Assembly (NCBI GenBank): GCA_001777015.1
Contig: MFCV01000044.1
Coordinates: 16,786 to 80,785 of the forward strand
Source: Candidatus Daviesbacteria bacterium RIFCSPHIGHO2_02_FULL_36_13
Lineage (GTDB): Bacteria; Patescibacteriota; Microgenomatia; Daviesbacterales; UBA10151
Length of the DNA stretch: 64,000 nt
Direction of reading: 5' to 3'
Under the pieces are notes generated by a model, which did not search any database, had not been told where the DNA came from, and worked only from the letters and a program-made list of their open reading frames with translations. The position numbers were made by a program, and so were the translations under genes. Shown here piece after piece: positions 32,065-41,204 of the stretch; positions within the stretch are counted from its first letter, which is position 1, and each line of letters starts with the position of its first letter.

Positions 32065-33752
32065 ATACTGCTAACTGAAGCAGATGGGACGGCTGTAGCA
32101 GATGGAGCAACAGAAGTTTGAACTGGTTTGGAGATAGGGCCAGCAGTTGGTTCAGCATCATCTGAAGCTCCAAAATCAAATCTCATACAAGCCCAGTCAA
32201 AAGAGTTAACCAACCCATCATCATTGAAATCTCCTGGCTTATCACCTCCTGATCCAACAATTCTCCACTCACGGAGTAATTCTGATGCATCAGCTGAATT
32301 AATTTTGCCGTCCCCGCCATCCAAAGGAAAGATGTCCCCAACAGGCAATTTTACATTTGAAAGAATAGTTGTTCCGCGACCTGCATTAAACTCAATGACT
32401 TTTCTAACACTCTTAGGAGCCTCTAAACTTACTTTATAGCCTTGTCCTTCTACCAGCTTGGTATTAGTCATACCTTGCACTAAGCCCTTCTTATCTATAG
32501 AAACTGTAGATCTTACAATCTGACCCTTATCTTTTCCTTCAGCCAATATTAAGCTGACAGCATTGACTACAGAAGTTTGAGGTGCACGGCAGAAAAGTTT
32601 AGTTCCCAAAGATAGCTGAGATAGGGAAGAGCAGCTTCCTTCAACAGATAGTCCTTTTTTATCAGTTATTTTGATCTGGAATACCTGATCAGTAGGCTGA
32701 CCGGAAAGTACAGCTATAATACGTCCATCATCCCATCTTTCTAATTTTAAGGTTTGTAAATTAACATCTCCCATTTCAACTTTTCCGGTTTCTGCTCCAA
32801 ATCCATTTCCAACTCCAGCTTTGGGTAGAATCTCAAAAGTAACTCTGTCTGCTTTTGAGGTATCAACACTACATGAAGCAATGGATGGAACTGAGATAAG
32901 TTCAATGGTGGCACTGCAAGCCTGGGTTTGGTTGGTGCCGCATCCGCCCCACTTACCAGCGATATCCTTAAACATGACAAACACAAAATTAGCCCCAATC
33001 TTTGGATTTTGGAAAGTATAAGAGGTTATAAGATTGCCGCTTGCATCAACTGTATATGGCAATTCAGGAGCCAAATTTAATCCTTCAACTGTCTCAGAAA
33101 TTTTATAGGAAACAGTACTTAGCCCAGGTGGTGTAGATTGTCTGGTAACTGTGACTCTGGCAATTACTGTCTGATGCGAGGTTCCCTGATATAGCTTAAA
33201 CTCATAACTACTTCCTGGTTCAATCCAGGGAGCAACTTCGGAACCACTTGGATTTTGCCAAACCGGTCCAATGTCCGAAGCTCCGTCAATTGATACATAT
33301 ACTTGTCCTGCTGAACCATCACCGGTATTCCAGGTAATAGTGGTTGAACTATTAGTTGTAGGGTTAGGAGCTGCAGAAATTTTGTTGGTAGTGGAACCTC
33401 CTGTAACAGTTACACTTACTGAGTGAAGTTTGCTGGAACCTGAACATAAATCAAAAATATAACCCTGGGCATCTATCCAATTGGCTGTATATGTGCCGGT
33501 TGGTACACTAGCAGGATTTACTCCTGTACAATCAGCTTCTCCAGACCTATGGGCACGTACTGATACATTAGAGGCATTAGAGGTAGACCAGGTAATTATT
33601 GTTCCACAGTGAGTGGCACCAGCTCCACCAATTCCTAAGATACAGGGATTAGGGGAGGCAGTAATTGTACCCGTTGCAGCAGCATATACAGGAGTTACAA
33701 GTGTTATTAAAAAACTTATATAAACAAACAAACTTAAAAATATTTTTTTCAT
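32061..33752 (-). CDS. Large secreted multi-domain surface protein with a C-terminal dockerin-like Ca-binding module
   Basis: Signal peptide MKKIFLSLFVYISFLITLVTPVYA, repeated Cys-containing beta domains, and C-terminal DGGDGKINSADASELL...DFNDDGLVNSFDW resembling the dockerin duplicated F-hand. The N-terminal domain is paralogous to the upstream gene. Confidence 0.55.
   Translation of the reverse strand: MKKIFLSLFVYISFLITLVTPVYAAATGTITASPNPCILGIGGAGATHCGTIITWSTSNASNVSVRAHRSGEADCTGVNPASVPTGTYTANWIDAQGYIFDLCSGSSKLHSVSVTVTGGSTTNKISAAPNPTTNSSTTITWNTGDGSAGQVYVSIDGASDIGPVWQNPSGSEVAPWIEPGSSYEFKLYQGTSHQTVIARVTVTRQSTPPGLSTVSYKISETVEGLNLAPELPYTVDASGNLITSYTFQNPKIGANFVFVMFKDIAGKWGGCGTNQTQACSATIELISVPSIASCSVDTSKADRVTFEILPKAGVGNGFGAETGKVEMGDVNLQTLKLERWDDGRIIAVLSGQPTDQVFQIKITDKKGLSVEGSCSSLSQLSLGTKLFCRAPQTSVVNAVSLILAEGKDKGQIVRSTVSIDKKGLVQGMTNTKLVEGQGYKVSLEAPKSVRKVIEFNAGRGTTILSNVKLPVGDIFPLDGGDGKINSADASELLREWRIVGSGGDKPGDFNDDGLVNSFDWACMRFDFGASDDAEPTAGPISKPVQTSVAPSATAVPSASVSSI
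33138..33220. repeat. 83-bp segment identical to 33757-33839 (direct repeat shared by the two adjacent paralogous surface-protein genes)
   Basis: TTGTCTGGTAACTGTGACTCTGGCAATTACTGTCTGATGCGAGGTTCCCTGATATAGCTTAAACTCATAACTACTTCCTGG occurs at both sites. The flanking sequence is only about 75% identical. Confidence 0.85.
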
Positions 33753-33753
33753 A

Positions 33754-34644
33754 TTATTGTCTGGTAACTGTGACTCTGGCAATTACTGTCTGATGCGAGG
33801 TTCCCTGATATAGCTTAAACTCATAACTACTTCCTGGATTAATCCAAGGTGCAACCTCAGTACCAGTTTTATTTTGCCAAACCAGGAAATCTGTAGCTCC
33901 ATCAATAGATACATATACTTGTCCATCACCTTTAGCATCCCAAGTAATAGTGGTTGAACCATTAGTTGTTGGGTTAGGGGAGGCAGAAATAGTACCAGTA
34001 GTACTACCAGAACCACCACCAGAAGCTACGCCTTGAACAAATACCTTTGCAAGATGTGTATTACCTACACAAAGATGAAACCAGTAGCCGATAGCATCTA
34101 TCCAATTGGCTGATTGCGGACCATTAGTAGCGTTCCAAACTAAACCTCCAGTACAAACATCGGCATCATTTCTGTCATACTTTACATCAGCAGTTCCAGT
34201 ATTTGTAGTAGACCAGTTAATAGTGGCTTTGCAGTGAGTTTCATCAGCCCCACCTCCAACAGTTCCTAAGGTACAAGTAGAGGCAGTAATGGTACCAGTA
34301 GCAGTTCCAGGAGCTGTTGTTGGAGCAGTGGTTGGTGCAGTTGTTGGAGCAGTAGTGGGAGCTGGAATAAGTCCAAAAGGGGAGACAAGTTGTAATCCTA
34401 CTTTAGGATTGCCGTCTTTATCTAAAGTAAAGTACTTTGTTCCATCTGTTTTATCCTTAACATTTTCTCCTGTAAATGTAATTGGAGGAGCAGCAGCTCT
34501 GGATCTAAAAATTTGCTGTTTTTGAACAAGGGAAATTATTAAAGGTAGAGCGGTAATTATTATGCCCATCCCCAGCAGGGAAATTATGTTCCTTTTATTG
34601 CTAAAAAAACTACGTAGTTCGTCCATGGATGGATATATATCCAT
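33754..34644 (-). CDS. Secreted surface protein paralog with an (APTT)n Pro/Thr linker
   Basis: N-terminal TM/signal, linker APTTAPTTAPTTAPTTAPG, and two domains homologous to the N-terminal domains of the 32061-33752 protein. Confidence 0.55.
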   Translation of the reverse strand: MDIYPSMDELRSFFSNKRNIISLLGMGIIITALPLIISLVQKQQIFRSRAAAPPITFTGENVKDKTDGTKYFTLDKDGNPKVGLQLVSPFGLIPAPTTAPTTAPTTAPTTAPGTATGTITASTCTLGTVGGGADETHCKATINWSTTNTGTADVKYDRNDADVCTGGLVWNATNGPQSANWIDAIGYWFHLCVGNTHLAKVFVQGVASGGGSGSTTGTISASPNPTTNGSTTITWDAKGDGQVYVSIDGATDFLVWQNKTGTEVAPWINPGSSYEFKLYQGTSHQTVIARVTVTRQ

Positions 34645-34717
34645 AGTGAACTATAATAGGTAGCTTTGTCAACTCCGATTGAATCGGAGTCAACTATTTT
34701 CCGACATCCTATAATAT

Positions 34718-35257
34718 TTGCTTGATTCTTTTAGACTTGATATAATCAATCCTATGGCAGAACAATTAACTCAACTTGCTCAAGTATTTCTTAAAACTAA
34801 ACCCTCAGAGATTAAACCTCTTTATGAAAGTCCTACATGCACTGAATTGGAAAGAAATTTTAAAAGATTGCTTCTGGGCGGATTTCCTAATTTCAGGAAG
34901 TATCTACTTTGGCTGGAAACAAAATCTGGTCATAAACCTCTGGAGTTTTACCAAGGACCGGTTTGGGGTCTTCCAAAATGGACTTGTGGATCACCTCCTG
35001 ATGTTTACCAAACCGGACTTGTAAAAAACCCTTCTAATACAATAGTGGGTCACTCTGCAATAGGTCCCAGAAACGCAATTGTGGAAGTAAATGGCATCCT
35101 TTTTGCGGCTCTGGCTGATTTTGGAGGATTTGAGGTTACCAGACCTATCAGGGTTCCTTATAATGAAGAACTAAAACAGCCATTCCATGCATTACTTGCA
35201 GAAGTCACCCAACCTCTTCCCTTAGTAGAAAGCTTAAAGCCATATTTCCCATATTAG
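34718..35257 (+). CDS. Hypothetical protein
   Basis: 179 aa ORF; no family recognised. Confidence 0.4.
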   Translation: MLDSFRLDIINPMAEQLTQLAQVFLKTKPSEIKPLYESPTCTELERNFKRLLLGGFPNFRKYLLWLETKSGHKPLEFYQGPVWGLPKWTCGSPPDVYQTGLVKNPSNTIVGHSAIGPRNAIVEVNGILFAALADFGGFEVTRPIRVPYNEELKQPFHALLAEVTQPLPLVESLKPYFPY

Positions 35258-35499
35258 AGGATTAATATTGTACGACGTCGGAAACATATCTTAAAAATCC
35301 CTAAAAAATCTTCCTTATATATATAAACAAACTCCTGGCAAATTATAAAATAAAATTCTTTTAAAGGAAAAATAAAACTTCTAAGGGATGGCAGAATCAC
35401 AAGTAAATTAAAAACACCGCAGTCCAATGCAATCAAAGCAATTAAGAAGATTTTTGTGTAGATATTAATCAAAAATCTTCTCATAATGAGGCTTGAGAA

Positions 35500-36330
35500 T
35501 ATCTCTATGATTCAGTAATACTAGCCGAATGGTGCTTTGTGCATGGACAAGGTGTCTAATAAGACCATTTGTGCCTAGCCAGGCACGAGCCTCTACAATG
35601 CCCTAAAAACGGCTTGCCAGGGGACATAAGCACTAACTGGTCATCCAGAGTTTAGGGCTCTAGGAAGCCCTGAACTAGATGCTAGATATTAGAAACTAGA
35701 CGCTAGAAAAACAAACAAAAAATCAGTTGGGAATACAAAGAAATAGGCACAAATAAATGCAGTATAAAATCTGCTGGTTTAGCCATTAATTTAGCTCTAA
35801 GTTAGCCTTAGGTGCACTCCTCCAGTAACCACTTCCAGATCGTCGCATAAGATACATTGTGCGACATTAGGCGTATAGGGAAGTTCACCCTAGTAGAGAA
35901 TATACCGATGACTTAATAAATGTACAAGAGAACATAAAACACCTTTGTCTTCTGAATGATTCCTATTAAGATGCTTGTTCGGGAGGCACTCTCCTCCAAG
36001 AAGGGCTTCGTTAGGTTTCGGGAAACCTACGTCCTGTATTTTTCACGCTATTTAGCAATTATATACATCCCTTGCCAGAAGTGAGCGTGATAGATCTTAT
36101 GGTGATCAAGTTATTGATCACCTCAAGGCTTGCAGTGCACGAGCGTCAGCGAGAGCACGAAAGACTTATAGTTTTCCACATTCATGCCTGCCAACTACAT
36201 CATTCTATATCATTTCCCGCATGAGTACAGTATAACCCCATAGTTTTCACGGTTTCCTACTACTCTTTTCACACTCCTCCACTCTTGTCGTAGTTTGGAT
36301 TATTAAATCAAGCTAAACTCTCTCTTTTAG
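35500..36330. ncRNA. ORF-free, GC-richer, hairpin-dense ~830-bp region; candidate structured non-coding RNA(s) of unknown class
   Basis: No ORF of 60 aa or more on any frame in a genome that is otherwise more than 90% coding. Visibly higher GC than the flanks. Multiple perfect hairpins, for example GGTGATCAAGTTATTGATCACC and AGGTTTCGGGAAACCT. The class (RNase P, tmRNA or other) could not be assigned by eye. Confidence 0.25.
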
Positions 36331-37109
36331 CCTGTCCAGGAGGTTGTTATCAGGCTAATAAGCAATACTACTGCCCCTATTCCTAAATACTCCCATACTA
36401 CCCTTTTTGTGGCTTTACCCCTTAAAACCTGTGTTGTTAAGCCTAAAAGTACATACATTGATGAAGAAAGAGATAAGGGCCAAATAGTTGTCAGCATAGG
36501 CCAGAAGGAAAAGGCTAACCCTAACTCCCCTAATATTAAACTTATGATAAAACTTTGAATTATGGTGGCTTGAGAAATTTTATCCTCCATTTCTAGGCTC
36601 CAAAGAACCTGCAGTGTTAGAGGAAAACTGACTAAGAAGACCAATACCCCATTCCATATAAATAAAAGATTAAAGGCATAAATAACATTATATAGAAAAA
36701 AGGCTGAAAGAAGAGTAAAAAGAAAGCTGGCAGTTGAGGCAGCCCTGTATAGAGGAATTGTTCTTATTGAGGCTACATTAAATACATTTTGAGCAAGTAA
36801 AAGAAGGTAAAAAGTCAGCCCAAATATAAAAGCCACAGGCAGTCTTGTTAGCCACCTAACTGGCAATAAAAAGTAAAAGCTGGAAACAGCCACTGTGAAA
36901 AAAGCAGGCAGAATCATTAAGACCAGAGCTTTGGTTTTGCTTAATCCCTCCCAGAGAGACCAAAGAGATAAAAGATAGGCTAAAACCCCCAAACCTCCAA
37001 TAAACCTAAACCTTAAATTAAAATCCACCATTTGGGTTGATAAAAGCCCCATGGTAAGAATTAAGGAGGTAATAATAATTTTTTGACGTTTGTTTAAGTT
37101 TAAATTCAT
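36327..37109 (-). CDS. Hypothetical polytopic membrane protein
   Basis: 260 aa with about 7 hydrophobic helices. Confidence 0.45.
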   Translation of the reverse strand: MNLNLNKRQKIIITSLILTMGLLSTQMVDFNLRFRFIGGLGVLAYLLSLWSLWEGLSKTKALVLMILPAFFTVAVSSFYFLLPVRWLTRLPVAFIFGLTFYLLLLAQNVFNVASIRTIPLYRAASTASFLFTLLSAFFLYNVIYAFNLLFIWNGVLVFLVSFPLTLQVLWSLEMEDKISQATIIQSFIISLILGELGLAFSFWPMLTTIWPLSLSSSMYVLLGLTTQVLRGKATKRVVWEYLGIGAVVLLISLITTSWTG

Positions 37110-37110
37110 A

Positions 37111-37644
37111 TCACTTCGAAACCATTTTTAAGACATGACAAATAGCTATTGCTAAAGCATCTGTGGCATCATCTAAATGTCCGCCCTTCCAGGTTGCTTT
37201 AAGCTTATTTCTGCGTCGAAGAGATGTCCCTAAAAACTTCCTGACCCCATCATGAACCTGATTTTTATCAGCTCTGCCGGATCCTGCCACCATTAATTTT
37301 ACAGAAGGGCCTGTATATTCAAAAATAGGTATAGATCTTCTGCCTGCAGAAAGCATTATTACTCCCCTAGCCTGTCCTACAGAAATAGCAGTCCTGGTAT
37401 TGGCCCCAAAAAAAAGCATTTCTATAACAATCATATCAGGCTTATATTTATTAACTACAGCCTCCATGCCGTCATGCAGAACCACCAGCCTTTTGGTCAT
37501 TAAATCATCTTTTGAGGTAGATATATTTCCATAACCAATCAGCTCAATATCATACTTAAACTCCTTACCCAATATATCATCAGGTACTTTTATTACTCCA
37601 TATCCAGTTGTAGCAGTTCCAGGATCAATTCCTAAAATAATCAT
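37111..37644 (-). CDS. ruvC: Holliday junction resolvase RuvC
   Basis: N-terminal MIILGIDPGTATTGYGVI (RuvC catalytic Asp motif); 177 aa. Confidence 0.85.
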   Translation of the reverse strand: MIILGIDPGTATTGYGVIKVPDDILGKEFKYDIELIGYGNISTSKDDLMTKRLVVLHDGMEAVVNKYKPDMIVIEMLFFGANTRTAISVGQARGVIMLSAGRRSIPIFEYTGPSVKLMVAGSGRADKNQVHDGVRKFLGTSLRRRNKLKATWKGGHLDDATDALAIAICHVLKMVSK

Positions 37645-37681
37645 ATTAGCCCATCTTTAATATAAGAACCATTCGCTTCGC

Positions 37682-38473
37682 TCATGAACCTTCCCTTTCC
37701 TCTGATAAATTGTCGGAAAGGTTAAAATTGGCAAAGACTTTTTGGATATCATCCCTCTCTTCAAGTCTTTCTGTAAATGCTATTACCTTATCTAGCGTTT
37801 CTTTATCTTTAATTTCTACTAAAATAGTAGGCTTTCTAACCAACTCACTGCTTTCTATAGTATATCCAGCCTGAGTAATTTTTGTACCCACTTCGGTAAT
37901 TTTAGTTGCCTCAGTGTAAACTAAATAGTATTGTATTTTATTATAACTCGGAGAGTCATTTAGACTCTCCTCCTCCTCTACATCTTCAGCCCCCAAGTCT
38001 ATCAACTCCAGCATTTCTTCATCAACATTTCCATTTTTACTCTTTATTTTTATCTCTCCTAAACTTTTAAACATATACGACACAGCCCCTGTCCCTGCCA
38101 AAGCCCCTCCTGATTTATCAAATAAATTTTTTACTTCTGCAAGAGTTCTCAATCTATTATCTGTTACTGCTTCTATCATATATGCTACTTTGCCAGGTCC
38201 AAATCCTTCAAATAAAAGCTCCTCAATAGTTTGACCTGGGAGCTTTCCTAAGCCTCTGTCTATTGCCCTTTGTATATTTTCTTTGGGCATATTAACAGTT
38301 TTTGCTTCTTCCATGACCATCCGTAGTCTTGGATTATCATCAGGGTTGCCTGAACCACCTAATTTGGCAGCCAAGGTGATATTATTAGCCACCTTAGTAA
38401 AGGTAAGTCCCCTTTTGATATCTGCAACCCCTTTAGCTCGCTTAATAGTACTCCACTTACTGTGTCCGCTCAT
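37682..38473 (-). CDS. yebC: YebC/PmpR family DNA-binding regulatory protein
   Basis: N-terminal MSGHSKWSTIKRAKGVADIKRG is the YebC-family signature. Confidence 0.9.
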   Translation of the reverse strand: MSGHSKWSTIKRAKGVADIKRGLTFTKVANNITLAAKLGGSGNPDDNPRLRMVMEEAKTVNMPKENIQRAIDRGLGKLPGQTIEELLFEGFGPGKVAYMIEAVTDNRLRTLAEVKNLFDKSGGALAGTGAVSYMFKSLGEIKIKSKNGNVDEEMLELIDLGAEDVEEEESLNDSPSYNKIQYYLVYTEATKITEVGTKITQAGYTIESSELVRKPTILVEIKDKETLDKVIAFTERLEERDDIQKVFANFNLSDNLSEEREGS

Positions 38474-38560
38474 GGCAGATATTTTAGCACATATTATTCC
38501 CCTAATATTGTACGAAACATTGACAAAGCATCCCTCTTCTCACTATACTTTGACACTTAG

Positions 38561-39292
38561 ATGGACAACAACCCCGCCTCTTCCAACCTTTCCCAGCTAG
38601 CTATTGATGCAGCTTTAGATTCCAGATGGGGAGAAGCTCTTAAATATAATAAACAGATAATAAAGCTTGATCCTCAAAATGTTGATGCCTTAAACCGCCA
38701 GGCTAGAGTTTATATGGAAATGGGAAAATTTAATCTTTCAAAAAAGTATTATGGAGAAGTTATCAGAATTGATCCATATAACCCAATTGCCCAAAAAAAC
38801 TTAAAAATAATCAAATCTTTTAAACCCAATGGTCAAAATGGATTGGCTCACAATGTTTTCTCAAAACTTTCCCCTACTCTTTTTCTACAGGAACCTGGCA
38901 AAACAAAAATTGTTAATCTTTTAAAAGTTTGTGAGCCTCAAAAACTATCTAAAGCTTTTTGTGGAATGAAAGTAAATATGATTATTAAAAACCGGAGGAT
39001 TACAATTGTTGATGAAGGAGGCAGTTATTTGGGAGTCTTACCGGATGATGTCAATTATTCCCTTTTAAGACTAATCAAAGGGGGGAATAAGTTTGACTTG
39101 TTTGTCAAATCTATCAGAGTAAATTCTTTGGCTGTTTTAATAAAAGAAACATACAGGTCAAAAAGATTTAAAAACCAGCCTTCATTTTTGGAAAATTCCA
39201 ATGCTACCTTAACTACAGATATTTTAACTTCTCTTGATCAGGATGATAGTGATGGTGAACCTGAAGATGGTGAAGAAGAACAAACTGTTTAA
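38561..39292 (+). CDS. TPR-repeat-containing protein with an acidic C-terminal tail
   Basis: TPR-like helices (ALKYNKQIIKLDPQNVDALNRQARVYMEMGKFNLSKKYYGEVIRIDPYN) and a C-terminus DDSDGEPEDGEEEQTV. Confidence 0.5.
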   Translation: MDNNPASSNLSQLAIDAALDSRWGEALKYNKQIIKLDPQNVDALNRQARVYMEMGKFNLSKKYYGEVIRIDPYNPIAQKNLKIIKSFKPNGQNGLAHNVFSKLSPTLFLQEPGKTKIVNLLKVCEPQKLSKAFCGMKVNMIIKNRRITIVDEGGSYLGVLPDDVNYSLLRLIKGGNKFDLFVKSIRVNSLAVLIKETYRSKRFKNQPSFLENSNATLTTDILTSLDQDDSDGEPEDGEEEQTV

Positions 39293-39296
39293 AAAA

Positions 39297-39953
39297 TTAG
39301 ATAGTTAAAAGATGCAAAATATCTTTTGAGGCTAAAAGACTGCTGGTATCTTTAGTAAAACTCCTTTTTTGATAAGCTCCTACAGTTTGAGTATTAGATG
39401 CTTTCGGAAGTTTATTCAACTGATCCCTCTCTTCTAAAACTTCTGTTAATTTTCTTCTTCTTAAAGGATCCTGAGAGATTAAAACAGCTCTTATTTGAAC
39501 CTGGAACATATTTTCTTTCCTGCCTAAAAGTATTAATTGCCACCAAAATTGCTCCAATTCATCCAACTTTGGAAATTTTTTGAAATAATTTTTCCCTTTT
39601 CCCAAAGCTTCCCATGAAGAAACTAAATTCATATCACAATTTGTATATTCCTCAATTTCCACCAATCCCAAAACTTCCTGATATTTGGGTGCTAAAATAG
39701 CTGGGGCATAAAAAACCAAAGCTCCCTTTTCCCCTTTAATAAGTCTCTCAAAACTAAAAGCCAAACCTGAAGACAAAGAGTCTTCATAGATTGAATCCAA
39801 AAGTTTTTTGTTTACTTGTTGAGGCAATCTCACTAAATATGAGTTATATTTTTCAATTTCTTCAGGAATTTCTTCAAAATCCCTCATGGATTTGGCTGCC
39901 AGTACAAAAGATAAAGCTACAACCAGCAAAAAAAGTATTATCCATATAATCAT
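39297..39953 (-). CDS. Hypothetical protein with an N-terminal TM anchor
   Basis: 218 aa; start overlaps the stop of the LCP gene. Confidence 0.4.
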   Translation of the reverse strand: MIIWIILFLLVVALSFVLAAKSMRDFEEIPEEIEKYNSYLVRLPQQVNKKLLDSIYEDSLSSGLAFSFERLIKGEKGALVFYAPAILAPKYQEVLGLVEIEEYTNCDMNLVSSWEALGKGKNYFKKFPKLDELEQFWWQLILLGRKENMFQVQIRAVLISQDPLRRRKLTEVLEERDQLNKLPKASNTQTVGAYQKRSFTKDTSSLLASKDILHLLTI

Positions 39954-40885
39954 AATGAATTAAAATAATCTTCACCCAGGAATAAATTAATCTGGGCACG
40001 AGGTGAGGCTAAATCCTCCAATTGAGGATCAATTGTACCACTGCTACTAAAGATTTGCTTTAAATTGTCCAAAGTTTTGGATGCCTCGCCTAAAATAGCA
40101 GTTTTTTCAATTTTAATTTCACTATTTGAGATAATAATCACATCCCCACCTATGTTAGCAATCAGTCTGGCAGCTTTTTGTGCTATACCGGAATGGGAGG
40201 TGGCATTAAAAACAGCAATTGTTTTTCTTTCTGTTTTAATTTCAGGATCAGCAAATCTTTCAGAAAGAGAATCCAACCTGACAGGATCAGAGGTCAAAAC
40301 TTCTGTTCCATCAGCCAGTTTAGAACCATCCAAAAGCCCCATTTCTTCCAGATTAAGAGTAGTTATTTTATCAAACCTGACAGCTGAAATTCCCATTTTA
40401 AGCCTTAATACTTCAAAAGGAGTCAGGTTAGTTTTAAACTGGGATAGAATACTGAAATTTGAAAGAGGATTTTTATCTGTCAGAGATGCTAAGGTCGCAT
40501 TATCCAAAAATCCAGCTAAAGGTATGCCAAAAAAAGAAGAAATAGACTCTGACAGCAGTTCCCCTCCTCCCAAAGCAAAAACAGACCCGACTCTCCAACT
40601 GCCATAACCCCCTGGAACCTCCAAATATAACTTCTCTGGAATCTCCACCACAGTTACTTTTTCATCTTTAGGATTATATGAAAGCAGTTTTAAAGAATCA
40701 GACTTTAAAACTACATTAATATTAGAATCCCCATTCCAGTTAGATTGTTTGCCAAAAAGCATTTGAGTAAATTTAAGAGCCTGGGCAAAAAGAAGAAGAA
40801 CTATCACCAAACCTAAAACTGCAACAGCTAATTTAATTTTTTTAGCAGTATTTTTATTTGATTGAGCAATTTTCCAGGTGGGCAT
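39950..40885 (-). CDS. LytR/CpsA/Psr (LCP)-family-like envelope protein with a LytR_C-like C-terminal domain
   Basis: N-terminal TM and a C-terminal segment TIAVFNATSHSGIAQKAARLIANIGGDVIIISNSE resembling LytR_C. Assignment by similarity from memory. Confidence 0.45.
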   Translation of the reverse strand: MPTWKIAQSNKNTAKKIKLAVAVLGLVIVLLLFAQALKFTQMLFGKQSNWNGDSNINVVLKSDSLKLLSYNPKDEKVTVVEIPEKLYLEVPGGYGSWRVGSVFALGGGELLSESISSFFGIPLAGFLDNATLASLTDKNPLSNFSILSQFKTNLTPFEVLRLKMGISAVRFDKITTLNLEEMGLLDGSKLADGTEVLTSDPVRLDSLSERFADPEIKTERKTIAVFNATSHSGIAQKAARLIANIGGDVIIISNSEIKIEKTAILGEASKTLDNLKQIFSSSGTIDPQLEDLASPRAQINLFLGEDYFNSL

Positions 40886-40977
40886 AAAAATTCTGCTCTA
40901 TATATAGTTTAACTAATACCTACTTGACCATGCAATAGCTCTCAGGCTAAACTTGTATAAAGGAGGTGATTTATATT

Positions 40978-41202
40978 ATGGACGATTCTCAACAAGGAGG
41001 AACAGGCGGTGGTGCTCCAACAGATGCACCGGCTACAGATCAACCAGTTGTTGATCCTAACGCTACACCAGTAGCAGAAGAAACTCCTGCTCCAGAAGCT
41101 ACACCAGAAGCTAACCCAGAAGCTACACCTGATACAGGTAGCGGCGATGCTGGAAATGGTGGAATGGGTGGCGGCGACCAAGGTGGTCAACCTACTGTTT
41201 AA
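40978..41202 (+). CDS. Small acidic Pro/Thr/Glu/Gly-rich low-complexity protein
   Basis: A strong SD AAGGAGGTGA lies 8 nt before ATG 40978. Composition (ATPE repeats, GGMGGGDQGG) suggests a disordered peptide. Confidence 0.4.
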   Translation: MDDSQQGGTGGGAPTDAPATDQPVVDPNATPVAEETPAPEATPEANPEATPDTGSGDAGNGGMGGGDQGGQPTV

Positions 41203-41204
41203 AA

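Noticed and set aside
35254-35484. 76-aa minus-strand ORF (MRRFLINIYTKIF...)
   Set aside because: AT-rich low-complexity translation at the edge of the ORF-free island, with no start context. Likely spurious.
35500-36330. Assigning the ORF-free island to RNase P RNA, tmRNA or a group II intron
   Set aside because: I could not find the conserved P4 (GGAAAGUCCGG), the tmRNA tag/CCA-end, or domain V motifs by eye on either strand. It is left as an unclassified candidate ncRNA.
40942-41190. 82-aa minus-strand ORF antisense to the small acidic peptide gene
   Set aside because: The plus strand has a perfect SD and ATG. The minus-strand translation is a Cys/Ser/Trp-rich artefact of the low-complexity codons.
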